A DNA stretch of 42,560 nt, taken from the NCBI RefSeq assembly GCF_001194135.2, contig NC_068993.1, positions 1,567,642 through 1,610,201 on the forward strand, given 5' to 3'. The first letter of the stretch is position 1. The number at the start of each line of letters is the position of its first letter. Source of the DNA: Octopus bimaculoides (lineage: Eukaryota). A program made the position numbers and the translations under genes. Positions 1 through 10,769 of this stretch are shown here, in pieces. The notes under the pieces are model-generated. The model was not told the origin of the DNA, did not search any database, and worked only from the letters and a program-made list of their open reading frames with translations.

Positions 1-237
1 TATATATATATATATTTGCATGTCCTTGTCATCTCCTGTCCTTGCCATCTCTTAGCCTTGCCAGTTCCTGCTCTCCTGTTAAACTGTCCAACTCATGCCA
101 ACATGAAAATGGGAATAAAAGGATGATATAATCGCACACACACACACACACAATAGTGCACAAAATTGGATTCTAAAAATAGATCTGGTACTTCCAAAAT
201 ATTTTAACATTTTCTTGGATTCTTTCTTTCTTTCCAG

Positions 238-315
238 CTGTCCACAGATTCATCGTTAACCGAACGAGCTCATCTGGAACAGAAAGTGGAAGATCTCAGT
301 TGCCAGTTAAGTCTA
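238..315 (+). CDS. CEP135: CEP135-like exon (LSTDSSLTERAHLEQKVEDLSCQLSL), phase 0-0
   Basis: Pyrimidine tract tctttctttctttccag| and donor |gtgagt; 78 nt open coiled-coil-like frame. Confidence 0.75.
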
Positions 316-2464
316 GTGAGTTATTTCGTTTGTACCTTTGTCTGCTTTATCTGTTAAAACTGGTGAAATAAGCAAGCAGAGTTCAATTTCTGCTAAGCTT
401 GACTTTACCTTTCATCCTTTTGGGGGTCAATAAAATAAGGACCAGTAAAGCACTGGGGTCAGCGGAATCAACTAGTCCCCTCCCTGCAAATTTCAAGCTT
501 TGTGCTTTTAGTAGAAAGGATTATTATTATTATTATTATTTTACTGGTTCCATTTATTGGTCTGTGCCCATGCTGGGGCACCTACCTTCAGTGAATTTGG
601 TTGATTATAATGACCTGGGACTGTTTTGGTGGGTTTGGTTTCTTTATTGAGTTTACTTCTGTAGACATGTTTGTGGTTCTCTACTACTACTACTACTACT
701 ACTACTTACATTTTCTTTTCTGTAATTTATGCAACAACAACAACAAACAGAGTGAAGTTGAGCGAGATGAGTTGCAGTTACGTGTCAACAATCTGAAAGA
801 TGACGTCCATTCGTTGGAAGAGCGAATCAAGAATCAGGCAGTTCAATATCAGGATTCACAGGAAGAACTTTCCAAACAAAGGATGACAGCAACACAAATG
901 AGGTGAGGATGATGATGATGATGGTGATGGTGATTGTGATGAAGGTGATGATGGTGAGGATGATGATTCTGATCATGAAGGTGATGGTAGTGGTGGTGGT
1001 GGTGGTGGTGGTATTGTTGATGAGGATGATGATGCTGATGACAAAGCCGGTGGTGGTGGTGGTGGTGGTGATATGCTGGTTTTGTTTTGTTTGTTTTTCT
1101 ATTATCATTACCACCACAACTACTACTGTCACTATACCATTATAAGCACCATTACCATACCACCACCACCACCACCACCATCAGCACCATCACCATATCA
1201 TCAGCTCCATCACCAGAACTAATGCTAGCACCATTACAAGGTGCTACTAGAGGTAAATTCCTCACCTCTTCAGAACTACTTTCTCTTTAACTTCACTATC
1301 TTTACCATTCCTGTATATGTGTGTTTGTGTATGATATATATATNNNNNNNNNNNNNNNNNNNNNNNNNNNNNNNNNNNNNNNNNNNNNNNNNNNNNNNNN
1401 NNNNNNNNNNNNNNNNNNNNNNNNNNNNNNNNNNNNNNNNNNNNNNNNNNNNNNNNNNNNNNNNNNNNNNNNNNNNNNNNNNNNNNNNNNNNNNNNNNNN
1501 NNNNNNNNNNNNNNNNNNNNNNNNNNNNNNNNNNNNNNNNNNNNNNNNNNNNNNNNNNNNNNNNNNNNNNNNNNNNNNNNNNNNNNNNNNNNNNNNNNNN
1601 NNNNNNNNNNNNNNNNNNNNNNNNNNNNNNNNNNNNNNNNNNNNNNNNNNNNNNNNNNNNNNNNNNNNNNNNNNNNNNNNNNNNNNNNNNNNNNNNNNNN
1701 NNNNNNNNNNNNNNNNNNNNNNNNNNNNNNNNNNNNNNNNNNNNNNNNNNNNNNNNNNNNNNNNNNNNNNNNNNNNNNNNNNNNNNNNNNNNNNNNNNNN
1801 NNNNNNNNNNNNNNNNNNNNNNNNNNNNNNNNNNNNNNNNNNNNNNNNNNNNNNNNNNNNNNNNNNNNNNNNNNNNNNNNNNNNNNNNNNNNNNNNNNNN
1901 NNNNNNNNNNNNNNNNNNNNNNNNNNNNNNNNNNNNNNNNNNNNNNNNNNNNNNNNNNNNNNNNNNNNNNNNNNNNNNNNNNNNNNNNNNNNNNNNNNNN
2001 NNNNNNNNNNNNNNNNNNNNNNNNNNNNNNNNNNNNNNNNNNNNNNNNNNNNNNNNNNNNNNNNNNNNNNNNNNNNNNNNNNNNNNNNNNNNNNNNNNNN
2101 NNNNNNNNNNNNNNNNNNNNNNNNNNNNNNNNNNNNNNNNNNNNNNNNNNNNNNNNNNNNNNNNNNNNNNNNNNNNNNNNNNNNNNNNNNNNNNNNNTAT
2201 ATATATATATATATTACATTAGAGGAAAAATGAAAACCATTTGTGTGTGTGGGTGGGTAGGTGTAATATATTTTATTATTTTGCTTAGGCTTAGTGATAC
2301 TACTAACCTGGTGTTAGAACTCAATATACATTTGGTTCAGCTGTTTTGAAGCTATGGAAAGTGATACACAAGCATTCAACCATGAGTGCATTGCGTCCTA
2401 TAGCAGAAACAGATGTAAGCTGATGAAGTACTTAAGATAATCATTTATTCCTTTGTCATTCTAA

Positions 2465-2503
<39 letters not shown>

Positions 2504-3508
2504 GAATTTTTCATTCTTCAGAATCTACTGACTCATTTTTCTATAAAATATGAAATGTTATTTCTTTAAAAGACTTTTAGCTGAAGAGGCAGAGCGTTCT
2601 TTGTCTGAAATCCAACGCCGTTTAAACCATCGTGAAGAAGACATTCGTAATCAAACGCACAAAATAAGCAATTTAGAAGAACAACTGCAAGAATATGAGA
2701 AAGTTTCACACCAGAGTCGCAATGAAATCAACCAGCTCCAGTCTACGATTAATGCCATGGATCGAGAGAAAGATTCTTTACAGATGACTGTTGATGAAAA
2801 AACAGAACGTTTGGCTGTTTTTAGAGAGGAACTTCTTGCAAAGGTTTGTTAATTATTTCTGTGGCATTATGTCGTCAGCTCATAATGAGCTGTAATTATT
2901 TTGGAGATTCTTTTTAATTTCTTTTAGTTTATTGTGTTACATCTCCACTCCTTTTGTTTTCATATAATTCGGTTTTGTCTACGTCCACACAACTTGGAAT
3001 TGTTATTGTTTGTGTGAAGCAACTCTGCTAGTTCAAATTCCACCGAGATCGACTTTGCCTTTCATGCTTTCGGGGTCAATTAAATAAGTACCAGTTATGT
3101 ACTGGGGATCAATGTAATTAACTTAATCCCTTCCCCCAAATTTCAGGCCTTGTGCCTCCAGTAGAAAGGATTATTATTATTATTATTAAAAGGTGGCGAG
3201 CTGGCAGACTCGTTAGCACATCAGGCAAAATGCTTAGTGGCATTTCTTCTAATCTTTAGATTCTGAGTTCAAATTCTGCTGAGGTTGACTTTGTCTTTTA
3301 TCCTTTCATGGTTGATTAAATAAGTATCAGTTAAACATAGAGATCAATGTAATCAACTTGTCCCCTCCCCACAAATTTCAGGCCTTGTGCCTTTCGTAGA
3401 AAGGATTATTATTATTATTATCATTATTATTATTATATATTTAAAAAAATATGAAAGAATAAAAAATGAAATAATATGAATTATTATTGCTGTTGTTGTT
3501 GTTCATAT

Positions 3509-3544
<36 letters not shown>

Positions 3545-6500
3545 GATGTTTGGTGGTCAGGATAATCCTGGGTCTGTGGGAGTTCCTTGATTGGCCCCAG
3601 CTGAAGTTTCTCCCATATCAGAGAGGACTGCATCAGTCATGTGATCACATACTTTGCATACTTTTATTGCATTTCACAGTCTTTCCCATTTCTTCTCCCC
3701 CGTCCTTTATATAAATCTCCACACAAATTGTTCACTATCCTTCTTGTTGTCTGTTCCTCTCATCTAAACCCCTGTGGCTAATAAAGGAAACCATTATTAT
3801 TGTTGTTGTTGTTATCCTCTCATTAGTCATGAGTATGGAAGTTCAATTCTATGGTTTCTTAGAACGGTTCACTGAGTTCAACTTGTTTCCCTTATGTGCT
3901 TTCATTGTTTTCTTTTTGTCTTTTTCAGGACAGAACCATAAGCGAATTTAAAGTGCAAATCAGTCAGCTTGAATCTCAGCTTGAGTGAGTGGCTTCTTTA
4001 CAATCCAATCCTCTCCTCCTCCTCTTCCTCCTCCTCCTCCTCCTCCTCCTCTCCATGCTAGCATGGGTTCGGATGGTTTGACAGGAGCTGATGAAGCAGT
4101 GGATGGTGCTCAGCTCCACTGTCTGTTTAGGCATGGTTTTTTATGCCTGGACGCCCTTACTAATACTGGCCTCTTACACTTATCCTACAATGTCATTCTA
4201 AAAATAAACACTCACATCATTGAAATCTTGAAACTCTGAGATAATGTCTGATTAACACAAAACAATCTGAATAAATTAGCATTACATTGGACAGAATAAT
4301 CTGCATGCCAAAGGGTTAATATTCTGTCGTTCTTCTGCTGTTGTAATATTCTGTCATTCTTCTTCTGTTGTAATATTCTGTTGTAATATTCTGTCATTCT
4401 TCTTCTGTTGTAATATTCTGTTGTAATATCCTGTCATTCTTCTGTTGTAATATTCTGTCATTCTGCTGTTGTAATATTCTGTCGTTCTGCTGTTGTAATA
4501 TTTTGTCATTCTTCTTCTGTTGTAATATTCTGTCATTGTTGTTTTGTTGTAGACATGTGAACAGCAGTCTTTCTCTAAAAGAACGTGAGATGAAGAGTAT
4601 AAAGAGGCAGCTTGATAAGATGTCTGATGAATTCAATGAAACCAGTCGCAATAAAGATGCAGTTCTACGTGAGAATAAACGGCTTCAAGAAGACTTAGCT
4701 GTAATGACCAGTGAAAATCAAGTAGGAAATTTTTGCTTGTAAAATAGTTCTACAGAATTTTAATGCTATTCATTTAATAATTCGGACATATATATACGAG
4801 GTGGTGAAGCATGATGTTCAAACTTTGGGCCTTACAGAGGCAACGACTAGTGACCAAGGTCTCTGGTGATATGCTGTGCTTGAGAAGATTCATCAAGCCC
4901 ACTGAAATCATAATTGTGGCCATTTGGGAGCAAGTTGAACTAGAAATTATGTGTACAAATAAATGTACTTTAAAGTTTAGAGTTCCACATAGATTAACCT
5001 AATCCAGTCTGCTTCCTGTAAAACTGTTAATTGACTACTAATCTGAGTAATATTACTAGTTATAAGCCACAGAGCAAATGTTTGGGAAATAAGGATAAAC
5101 ACAGGTTGACATTAAAGTTCTTACGTGCATTTCACCATTCTGGTTGTTTAGAGCCCTGTGATAGATGTCCCAAATGCATTTTGATGCTCAATTATTCAAT
5201 GGATCCTCAGGGAACACTTTATTGTGTCAAGTTACAGATAATTATGTCTAAAATTGGATGGATGGATGATGAGGCAATTTATATGCTGAAAATGAGAAGA
5301 ATAAGCAAAATAGTTTTGTATTAATGTGTTGCGATATGTTGGTGAGACTTGAAGATGTTTTCCCTCTGTTTTCTGTCAGGTCATCAATAAAGATCTGCAA
5401 AATTGTTTAGAAGAGAAAGATTCTTTAAAGAAGCAAATTCAAAGCTACATGATGGAAGTGCAAAGAGTTGGCGATTTGCTGTCATCAAAGGTCAGTGTTT
5501 TACTTTAAAAGTTCTGTGAATATTTTGGATTAATGTCAGAAATGTTCCTAATTTAGAAGAGATTTAAAGTAAATTTGAAACAAAGCAAAATTGGTTGTGT
5601 CTCTTTCAGGAACAGGAACGCTCTGACTTGTTGGAGCAATATCGTACTTTGTCTGCTGAAGCGGAGCAGTACCAAAATACCAATCATCAACTGGAGACTG
5701 AGGGTTCAAATCTTCGTTTAGAAGTTATTTCGAAAGAATCTGAAATTAGAATGCTTAAAGAGAAGATGGAACGCATGGATATAGAAATTCATGAGGTTAG
5801 TTTGAAATACATTTTCCTTACGTCTTCAATTCTTTATAGATTTTAGCACCCAATCCAGTAGCGTAATAATTAATCCCAAAAATAAATTAATGAACTTGAT
5901 GTAATCAACTAAATCACCTCCCACCTTCCTGCAAAAAATTGCTGGTCTTGTGCCAAAATATGAAACTCTTGTTGTTGTTTTCACTTTGTAAATATGCAGC
6001 TTTTTGTATTCTTTGTGATATTTTCCAAATCATCCAAACAATAAGGTTGAATCCAATAATGGCAACTCAAGATTGGACTGTTCCAAAATCAAAGAAAAGA
6101 AGTTCCCATTCCACTTTAGTGCTTCTGGTTGGATCAAGTCTCTCCCGGCAAAATACAAACACATCCATAAGATCTGATCTTATGATCATATGAGATGGAA
6201 AAACCAGAAGATCTTTACAATATTGTCCTTTGTCTTTTATAGCACCTCGGAGCACAGCAAGCTTATGAACTCCAAGTTTCCAATTTGAATCGTACTTTGT
6301 CAAAACTAGAAGAGAATCTTCAGCAGTATGATGATGAGAAACAAAATTTGACTCAAGATATTAATGCTGTCCGAGATCTTTGTTGCCGCTTGGAAGCATC
6401 CAAAGAGTCATTACAGAGACAGGTTACAGCTGTTTCTGTGGAAAAAGAACAGGTAGGGCTAATTAAACTAATCAAGTTTATTCAATTAAATCATCACATC

Positions 6501-7056
6501 AATAAATGTTTTGTGTATGTAATAGATTTTTGCGGTTTGGGTGGGGGTGAGGGGGTTCATTGTATCTATTCCCAGGCAATGTTGGGGGCCAAGTAAGAGA
6601 GTTTATGTTAAATATTTGCTGACCAGTGAAATCCATTCGAATCCTTTTATTAAAATGTTGAAGCAAGATCCAAAGAGGTGCAGATTTTCTTTTTTGAAGT
6701 TGTTTTGAAATAAATTCAAAGATTTCAAAAATCCAGTTCCATAAATGTTTATATCAGTGGTATGAGGAAGAACACAAGCACCTGTTCCAATGATTCTCAA
6801 ATGGGTGGTATTTGGCTCCCAGGTGTGGAATTTCAAGTCTAAGGAGAGAAATTTTTGCCAGGGAGGAGTGTCACAGAAGCAATTCCACAATTGGGAAAGA
6901 ATGCACCTTGTGCACTGAGTGTGTTCATTTATACATAGACACACACACACACGGACATCTTGAAAGTAAATAGATTCCTCCCCTCTCTCTTTATATATTA
7001 CACACACACACGCACACAATGAGGAGTGCCTATTTACTTTTGAGATATCTGATGTC

Positions 7057-7119
<63 letters not shown>

Positions 7120-10100
7120 NNNNNNNNNNNNNNNNNNNNNNNNNNNNNNNNNNNNNNNNNNNNNNNNNNNNNNNNNNNNNNNNNNNNNNNNNNNNNNNNN
7201 NNNNNNNNNNNNNNNNNNNNNNNNNNNNNNNNNNNNNNNNNNNNNNNNNNNNNNNNNNNNNNNNNNTATCAATGGTAAAAATTCAGAATTATGAATAAGA
7301 AAAAACATCTTTAAAAGTTTCAATGTTGACAAGTTTAAATGTTCATAACAGACAAATTTATAATTATGAATTAGAAAAACATGTTTAAAATTTTCGATGT
7401 TAACAAGTTCAAATGTTCATAACAGTCAATAATACTAAAACTGTGCATCAAATTGATGCATATATTTACATATTTATATATATTTATATATTTATATATA
7501 TTTATATATTTATATATATTTATATATTTATATATATTTATATATATTTATATATTTATATATATTTATATATATTTATATATTTGGGATAATTCTTTAT
7601 TTGTGCTTTTGTCTCATTCATTGAGATATAAGTTTCACAGAAAACTTCTTTGCCTTTAATACAAATCTTGAAGAGGATGTTTTTGCCTGTTATCTACATG
7701 TGTGTGTATATATAGACATGTATGACCCCAGTCACTTTATGTATCAACTTCAAAACAATGAAAGGTATATTCAACCTCTACTGAATTTGAACCCAAGGCT
7801 AGGAGAACTGCAACAAATACTGCAAGGCCCTCCATCCAACTTTCTAATGAATCCGATGAGTTGTTGCCTCGTACCTGTGTTGGCACCTGCTCTTCTTTTA
7901 TATTCTGTTTCACCTGTTGTAGTAATTCCATATAGAAGTGTTTTTCTAATCATTGTCTTATTCAATGGAATTCTTCTGATGGAAAATTAAGTGATTTTCT
8001 ATTTTCCTGCCAGTTACATTCCCAAATCCTTGATATGAAACAAGAGGCCGACACATTACGCGAACAGCTTTCTACCGAAAGAAAAAGTGTTAAAAATTTG
8101 GAAGAATTGCTTCAGAATAACAGAGAAAAGGAATTCCATTCCCAATTGGAATTTCAAGAACGTAATGCTGAACTGAAACAGTTAAAAGATCGATTGACTC
8201 TTAATGAAAGTAAACTGTGAGTCACGTCTATTGAAAATGTATTTCGTTGTTGTTGTTTTGCCTTAGGTTAGTCTTAGGACAAGAGGCGTTCCAGAAGTGA
8301 CCACCTTGTTTTTTTTTTTTTTAATCCCCCCCTTAGATGTAGTGTTTCTAGGACTGCAATATTCAATGTGTTCTTTCCAAAAGACATGAATTTATGACTT
8401 GATGGAGATTTGACTGCTATGTCCAGCAAATCAAGTGTTTGCATAGAGCCTTCCTTGTTGTCTTGATATTGCTGTTGTTGTTGCTGCTGTTGTTGTTGTT
8501 GTTATTGTTGTTGGTGCTTCTGTTGTTGCTGCTGGTTAACCCCCAACTTAACTCAAATTGAGCCGGCCATGACCATCCCATCTTTTTCCTAAATCCAAGG
8601 AACCTACCACTACATTGTCTAACACATACATTTTCTAAGAAGTATAAAGTGATTTAAAAGCAATTTGGTTCCTATTTCTAGCAAGTTGAATAACCACATA
8701 CAGGTTCCCTTAGCTCACTATTTCTTGGTTGTCTGTTATATATTGCTATTGTTGTTTAACCCTAGGTCAGGCTTGGTGCAGCAGACTTAGGATTTAAAAT
8801 GGTTCTATCCTGTGAGGGGTCCAACTGAAAATCTCCTTCATTTAATCTCTTCTACTCACTCCTCATCCACTCATCTTCTCCACCCTTGCAGCTTCTCCAT
8901 CTCCCTACACTCACCTTTCATCATGCCAGTGTTAAGGGCAGCAACCCTTAAGTTTTGCTCCTGACCCAGAAGAAGAGACTTTTTGCTAGCATTTGGCTTG
9001 TTGGGTCTTCATAATCTGCATCAAAAATAAATAATTTTGTCTTCTTTTAGTCAAAGCCAGAGCAGAGACATTGCTTCTCTTCGGACAAGGAATATTGAAC
9101 TGGAAGGAGATATAGAACGCTTCCGACGACAGCTAACCAGTGAGAAATTTGAACGGTATGCAATAAGTTGCTGTTAAAATAGCAACATTTTAGTTTTTAT
9201 AAAAATCACTTGTGAAATTTATCGTTTTTTTCTCTCATCATCCAGATCATAGCTATCTGGGAAGTTCATCATCAATTTTGCTACAGACTTAAAAAAAACC
9301 CAACTAATTAGTTATTGTTATAATTACAGAAAATTTAATTAGAGCTAATTAAGCAGGGAGAAAAAAAACTGATATTAGTGATTATCTTAAATGCATGGGA
9401 AATAACTGTATGTGTTCTGGTCTTATTATGGTCTCTTCAGCAAGTCAGATTTTACCCTGAACTTACTGAAGTAGTAATAGAAGTGAATGTACAAGTATGT
9501 AGACTTATTAGACTAGTAAACTAGAATTGGTTAAATAATCTAGAGATGTCATCCACATAAATACCAATTTTTTTAGCTACTTTAGAAAAGTTCTTTGCTA
9601 CCGACTTTCTTCCAATTTTTCTAATCCTGTTTCTTAATTTTGTATGGGTATATCTACAGTACTCTTCCATCAAAATGTCCCCTTCCACCTGCCTTGAACC
9701 ATGCCCCAACTAAAGATCTATTTGGTGACCCTTAAGAGACTACCCTCTGTATCCTAAGTTTCCTTCTCCTCTTCCCGTTTGTCAAATGTTTCTCTAAACC
9801 TGTGGCTTTCACTGACTCTTTAAGATTCCATATCTTCCTTCTTCGACCATCTTATAAATGCAAGAGAAAGAGCTAATTAGGAAAAGAATTAGTTTAGAGA
9901 AGATGCTGTTCAGGTTTGTGTTAGGGTTAGGGTTAGGGTTAGGGTGGGATACTTCTGACACAGCTTTCTTGTAAACCAACCACAGAAGGAATTCCTAGCT
10001 CTAGATGATACTCATTGACTTTGCAGAAAGCCTTTGATAAAGTACCATGTGTAGTTTGGTGGTTGCTATGAAAGCTATCTGCAGATGAATGATTTATGAC

Positions 10101-10769
10101 AGATGTGTTTACCATGTATAGGATTGGTGTCAGAAAGTTAGAGTTAGCAATGAATTCCGTGAAGAATTTATCATGCAAGCCATTATCAGTCAGGCTTCTA
10201 AGAGTCCCTATTTTTTTTCTAATTAGTGAGCGTGCTGTACAAGAACTTCGTCGTCATGGTATTTCCCCACCAATTACTGGAGATTATTCAAGTATTTCCA
10301 GATCCACAAGTCCATCCAAGTAAGTTATTATTTTCTCTTCAGTTGATTTCGTTGAAATAAGTTTAACTTTTCCCCACTTTTGAGTTTCATTCCTCAGTCA
10401 TTTTCCATTTGGTTTACTGTTTTCTTCAGCAGGGGTTGGCAACAAAAGGGTCAAACTAAAGCTAAATGCACTGGACAGTCCTTGCTCCTCTTCATGAGCC
10501 AGTTCTAGTTGTAGGTGCTGCTTGTTTGAGTCGCTTTCATTGCAACTCTAAATAGCAGTGAATAAAATCAATGACTTATTAATTAGAAACTAAAAAACCT
10601 GATTGTATGTCAGGAGGAACCTTTTTAGTTTTTCTAATCTGATTGTGTTTTTATGTCTTTATTTTGTAGATTCTCCAAAGCAAACAATCTGAGCAGTCTC
10701 TTAACGCCTCCTGTGAGCTCAGTCAGTGAGAAGACCACGGTTTTAGGGAAAGGTACCAAGTCACTTTAG
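238..10769 (+). CDS. CEP135: CEP135-like centrosomal coiled-coil protein, 3' part (5' exons lie outside the window): join(238-315,751-902,2573-2843,3929-3984,4553-4721,5380-5490,5610-5795,6243-6452,8014-8216,9051-9155,10227-10319,10670-10769)
   Basis: Twelve exons joined by hand with GT..AG ends and compatible phases give one stop-free frame. Peptides RENKRLQEDLAVMTSENQ, NNREKEFHSQL, LKDRLTLNESKL and RRQLTSEKFERERAVQELRRHG match the human CEP135 C-terminus as I recall it (RENRRLQDDLATMARENQ, TNRDKEFHSHL, LKEKLTLSESKL, KRQISTERYERERAIQEMRRHG). An exon hidden in the 1344-2197 gap cannot be excluded. Confidence 0.9.
378..540 (+). mobile_element. tRNA-derived SINE, 5'-decayed, with (TAT)n tail
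   Basis: GAGTTCAATTTCTGC...CTTTCATCCTTTTGGGGGTCAATAAAATAAGGACCAGT...AGTAGAAAGGATTATTAT; homologous to the copies at 3025, 3191, 17063 and 40837. Confidence 0.75.
751..902 (+). CDS. CEP135: CEP135-like exon (SEVERDELQLRV...QRMTATQMR), phase 0-2
   Basis: caacaaacag| acceptor, |gtgagg donor; heptad-like composition within ORF 601-906. Confidence 0.8.
903..1230. repeat. Compound trinucleotide tracts: (GAT/GGT)n followed by (CAC/CAT)n
   Basis: Read directly. Confidence 0.9.
1344..2197. other. Assembly gap (other gaps: 7120-7266, 17879-18779, 29551-30363, 36030-36521)
   Basis: N runs. Three begin at (TA)n tracts, one lies inside the satellite, and one lies inside the duplicated methyltransferase exon. 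Confidence 1.
2573..2843 (+). CDS. CEP135: CEP135-like exon (LLAEEAERSLSEIQ...REELLAK), phase 2-0
   Basis: Phase requires the tttaaaag| acceptor at 2572; |gtttgt donor; ORF 2550-2852. The 5' boundary is less certain than the 3'. Confidence 0.8.
3025..3187 (+). mobile_element. tRNA-derived SINE (5'-truncated), first of a head-to-tail pair
   Basis: AGTTCAAATTCCACCGAGATCGACTTTGCCTTTCAT...AGTAGAAAGGATTATTAT. Confidence 0.8.
3191..3440 (+). mobile_element. Full-length tRNA-derived SINE with (TAT)n tail
   Basis: Head GGTGGCGAGCTGGCAGACTCGTTAG (A-box-like) and GAGTTCAAATTCT (B-box-like), shared body and tail. Confidence 0.85.
3929..3984 (+). CDS. CEP135: CEP135-like short exon (DRTISEFKVQISQLESQLE), phase 0-2
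   Basis: tctttttcag| acceptor, |gtgagt donor; phases bridge the flanking exons. Confidence 0.8.
4050..4170 (-). mobile_element. Older, inverted copy of the GAT-tailed retroposon end
   Basis: CCATGCTAGCATGGGTTCGGATGGTTTGAC...GGACGCCCTTACTAATAC is a diverged reverse complement of the 41692 element. Confidence 0.6.
4318..4550 (+). repeat. Minisatellite of 10 units (27,27,13,27,13,24,24,24,27,27 bp; AATATTCTGTCATTCTTCTTCTGTTGT) abutting a splice acceptor
   Basis: Units counted directly; the last unit runs into the AG at 4551-4552. Confidence 0.95.
4553..4721 (+). CDS. CEP135: CEP135-like exon (HVNSSLSLKER...RLQEDLAVMTSENQ), phase 2-0
   Basis: ttgttgtag| acceptor, |gtagga donor; CEP135-like peptide. 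Confidence 0.88.
5380..5490 (+). CDS. CEP135: CEP135-like exon (VINKDLQNCLEEKDSLKKQIQSYMMEVQRVGDLLSSK), phase 0-0; absent from the ORF track
   Basis: ttttctgtcag| acceptor, |gtcagt donor; 111 nt open; resembles the recalled human segment KYITEVSRWESLMAAK. Confidence 0.85.
5610..5795 (+). CDS. CEP135: CEP135-like exon (EQERSDLLEQYRTL...DIEIHE), phase 0-0
   Basis: ctctttcag| acceptor, |gttagt donor; ORF 5595-5846. Confidence 0.88.
6243..6452 (+). CDS. CEP135: CEP135-like exon (HLGAQQAYELQVSNL...VSVEKEQ), phase 0-0
   Basis: gtcttttatag| acceptor, |gtaggg donor; matches the recalled HINAHHAYESQI...LRELCIKLD segment. Confidence 0.88.
7466..7584. repeat. AT-only decamer tandem (ATATATTTAT)n
   Basis: Read directly. 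Confidence 0.9.
8014..8216 (+). CDS. CEP135: CEP135-like exon (LHSQILDMKQE...LTLNESKL), phase 0-2
   Basis: ttttcctgccag| acceptor, |gtgagt donor; NREKEFHSQL motif. Confidence 0.9.
9051..9155 (+). CDS. CEP135: CEP135-like exon (QSQSRDIASLRTRNIELEGDIERFRRQLTSEKFER), phase 2-2; absent from the ORF track
   Basis: gtcttcttttag| acceptor, |gtatgc donor; homologous to the recalled TSQSRENTMLR...STERYER segment. Confidence 0.88.
9921..9944 (+). repeat. Interstitial telomeric repeat (TTAGGG)4
   Basis: Four perfect units read directly. Confidence 0.9.
9950..10205 (+). mobile_element. Decayed RTE-clade LINE reverse-transcriptase fragment in a CEP135 intron
   Basis: With frameshifts reads KAFDKVPCVVWWLL*KL and KVRVSNEFREEF, matching the RTE RT pattern KAFDRVP..IWW.MRKLG...KVRVGNEYSEEF. 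Confidence 0.7.
10227..10319 (+). CDS. CEP135: CEP135-like exon (ERAVQELRRHGISPPITGDYSSISRSTSPSK), phase 2-2
   Basis: ttttttttctaattag| acceptor, |gtaagt donor; ERAVQELRRHG motif. Confidence 0.88.
10670..10769 (+). CDS. CEP135: Probable terminal CEP135-like exon (FSKANNLSSLLTPPVSSVSEKTTVLGKGTKSL*)
   Basis: Strong acceptor tttattttgtag|, phase fits the previous donor, TAG at 10767-10769; no homology support for the peptide itself. Confidence 0.6.

Noticed and set aside
1241-2349. Long ORFs spanning N runs (also at 7019-7332, 17760-19013, 29133-30617 and most of 35915-36736)
   Set aside because: Artefacts of translating assembly gaps; only the 36522-36736 part is real coding sequence
9521-9709. 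- strand ORF containing YVDDI, a possible RT active site
   Set aside because: No other RT motif recognisable around it; a 5-residue match is expected by chance
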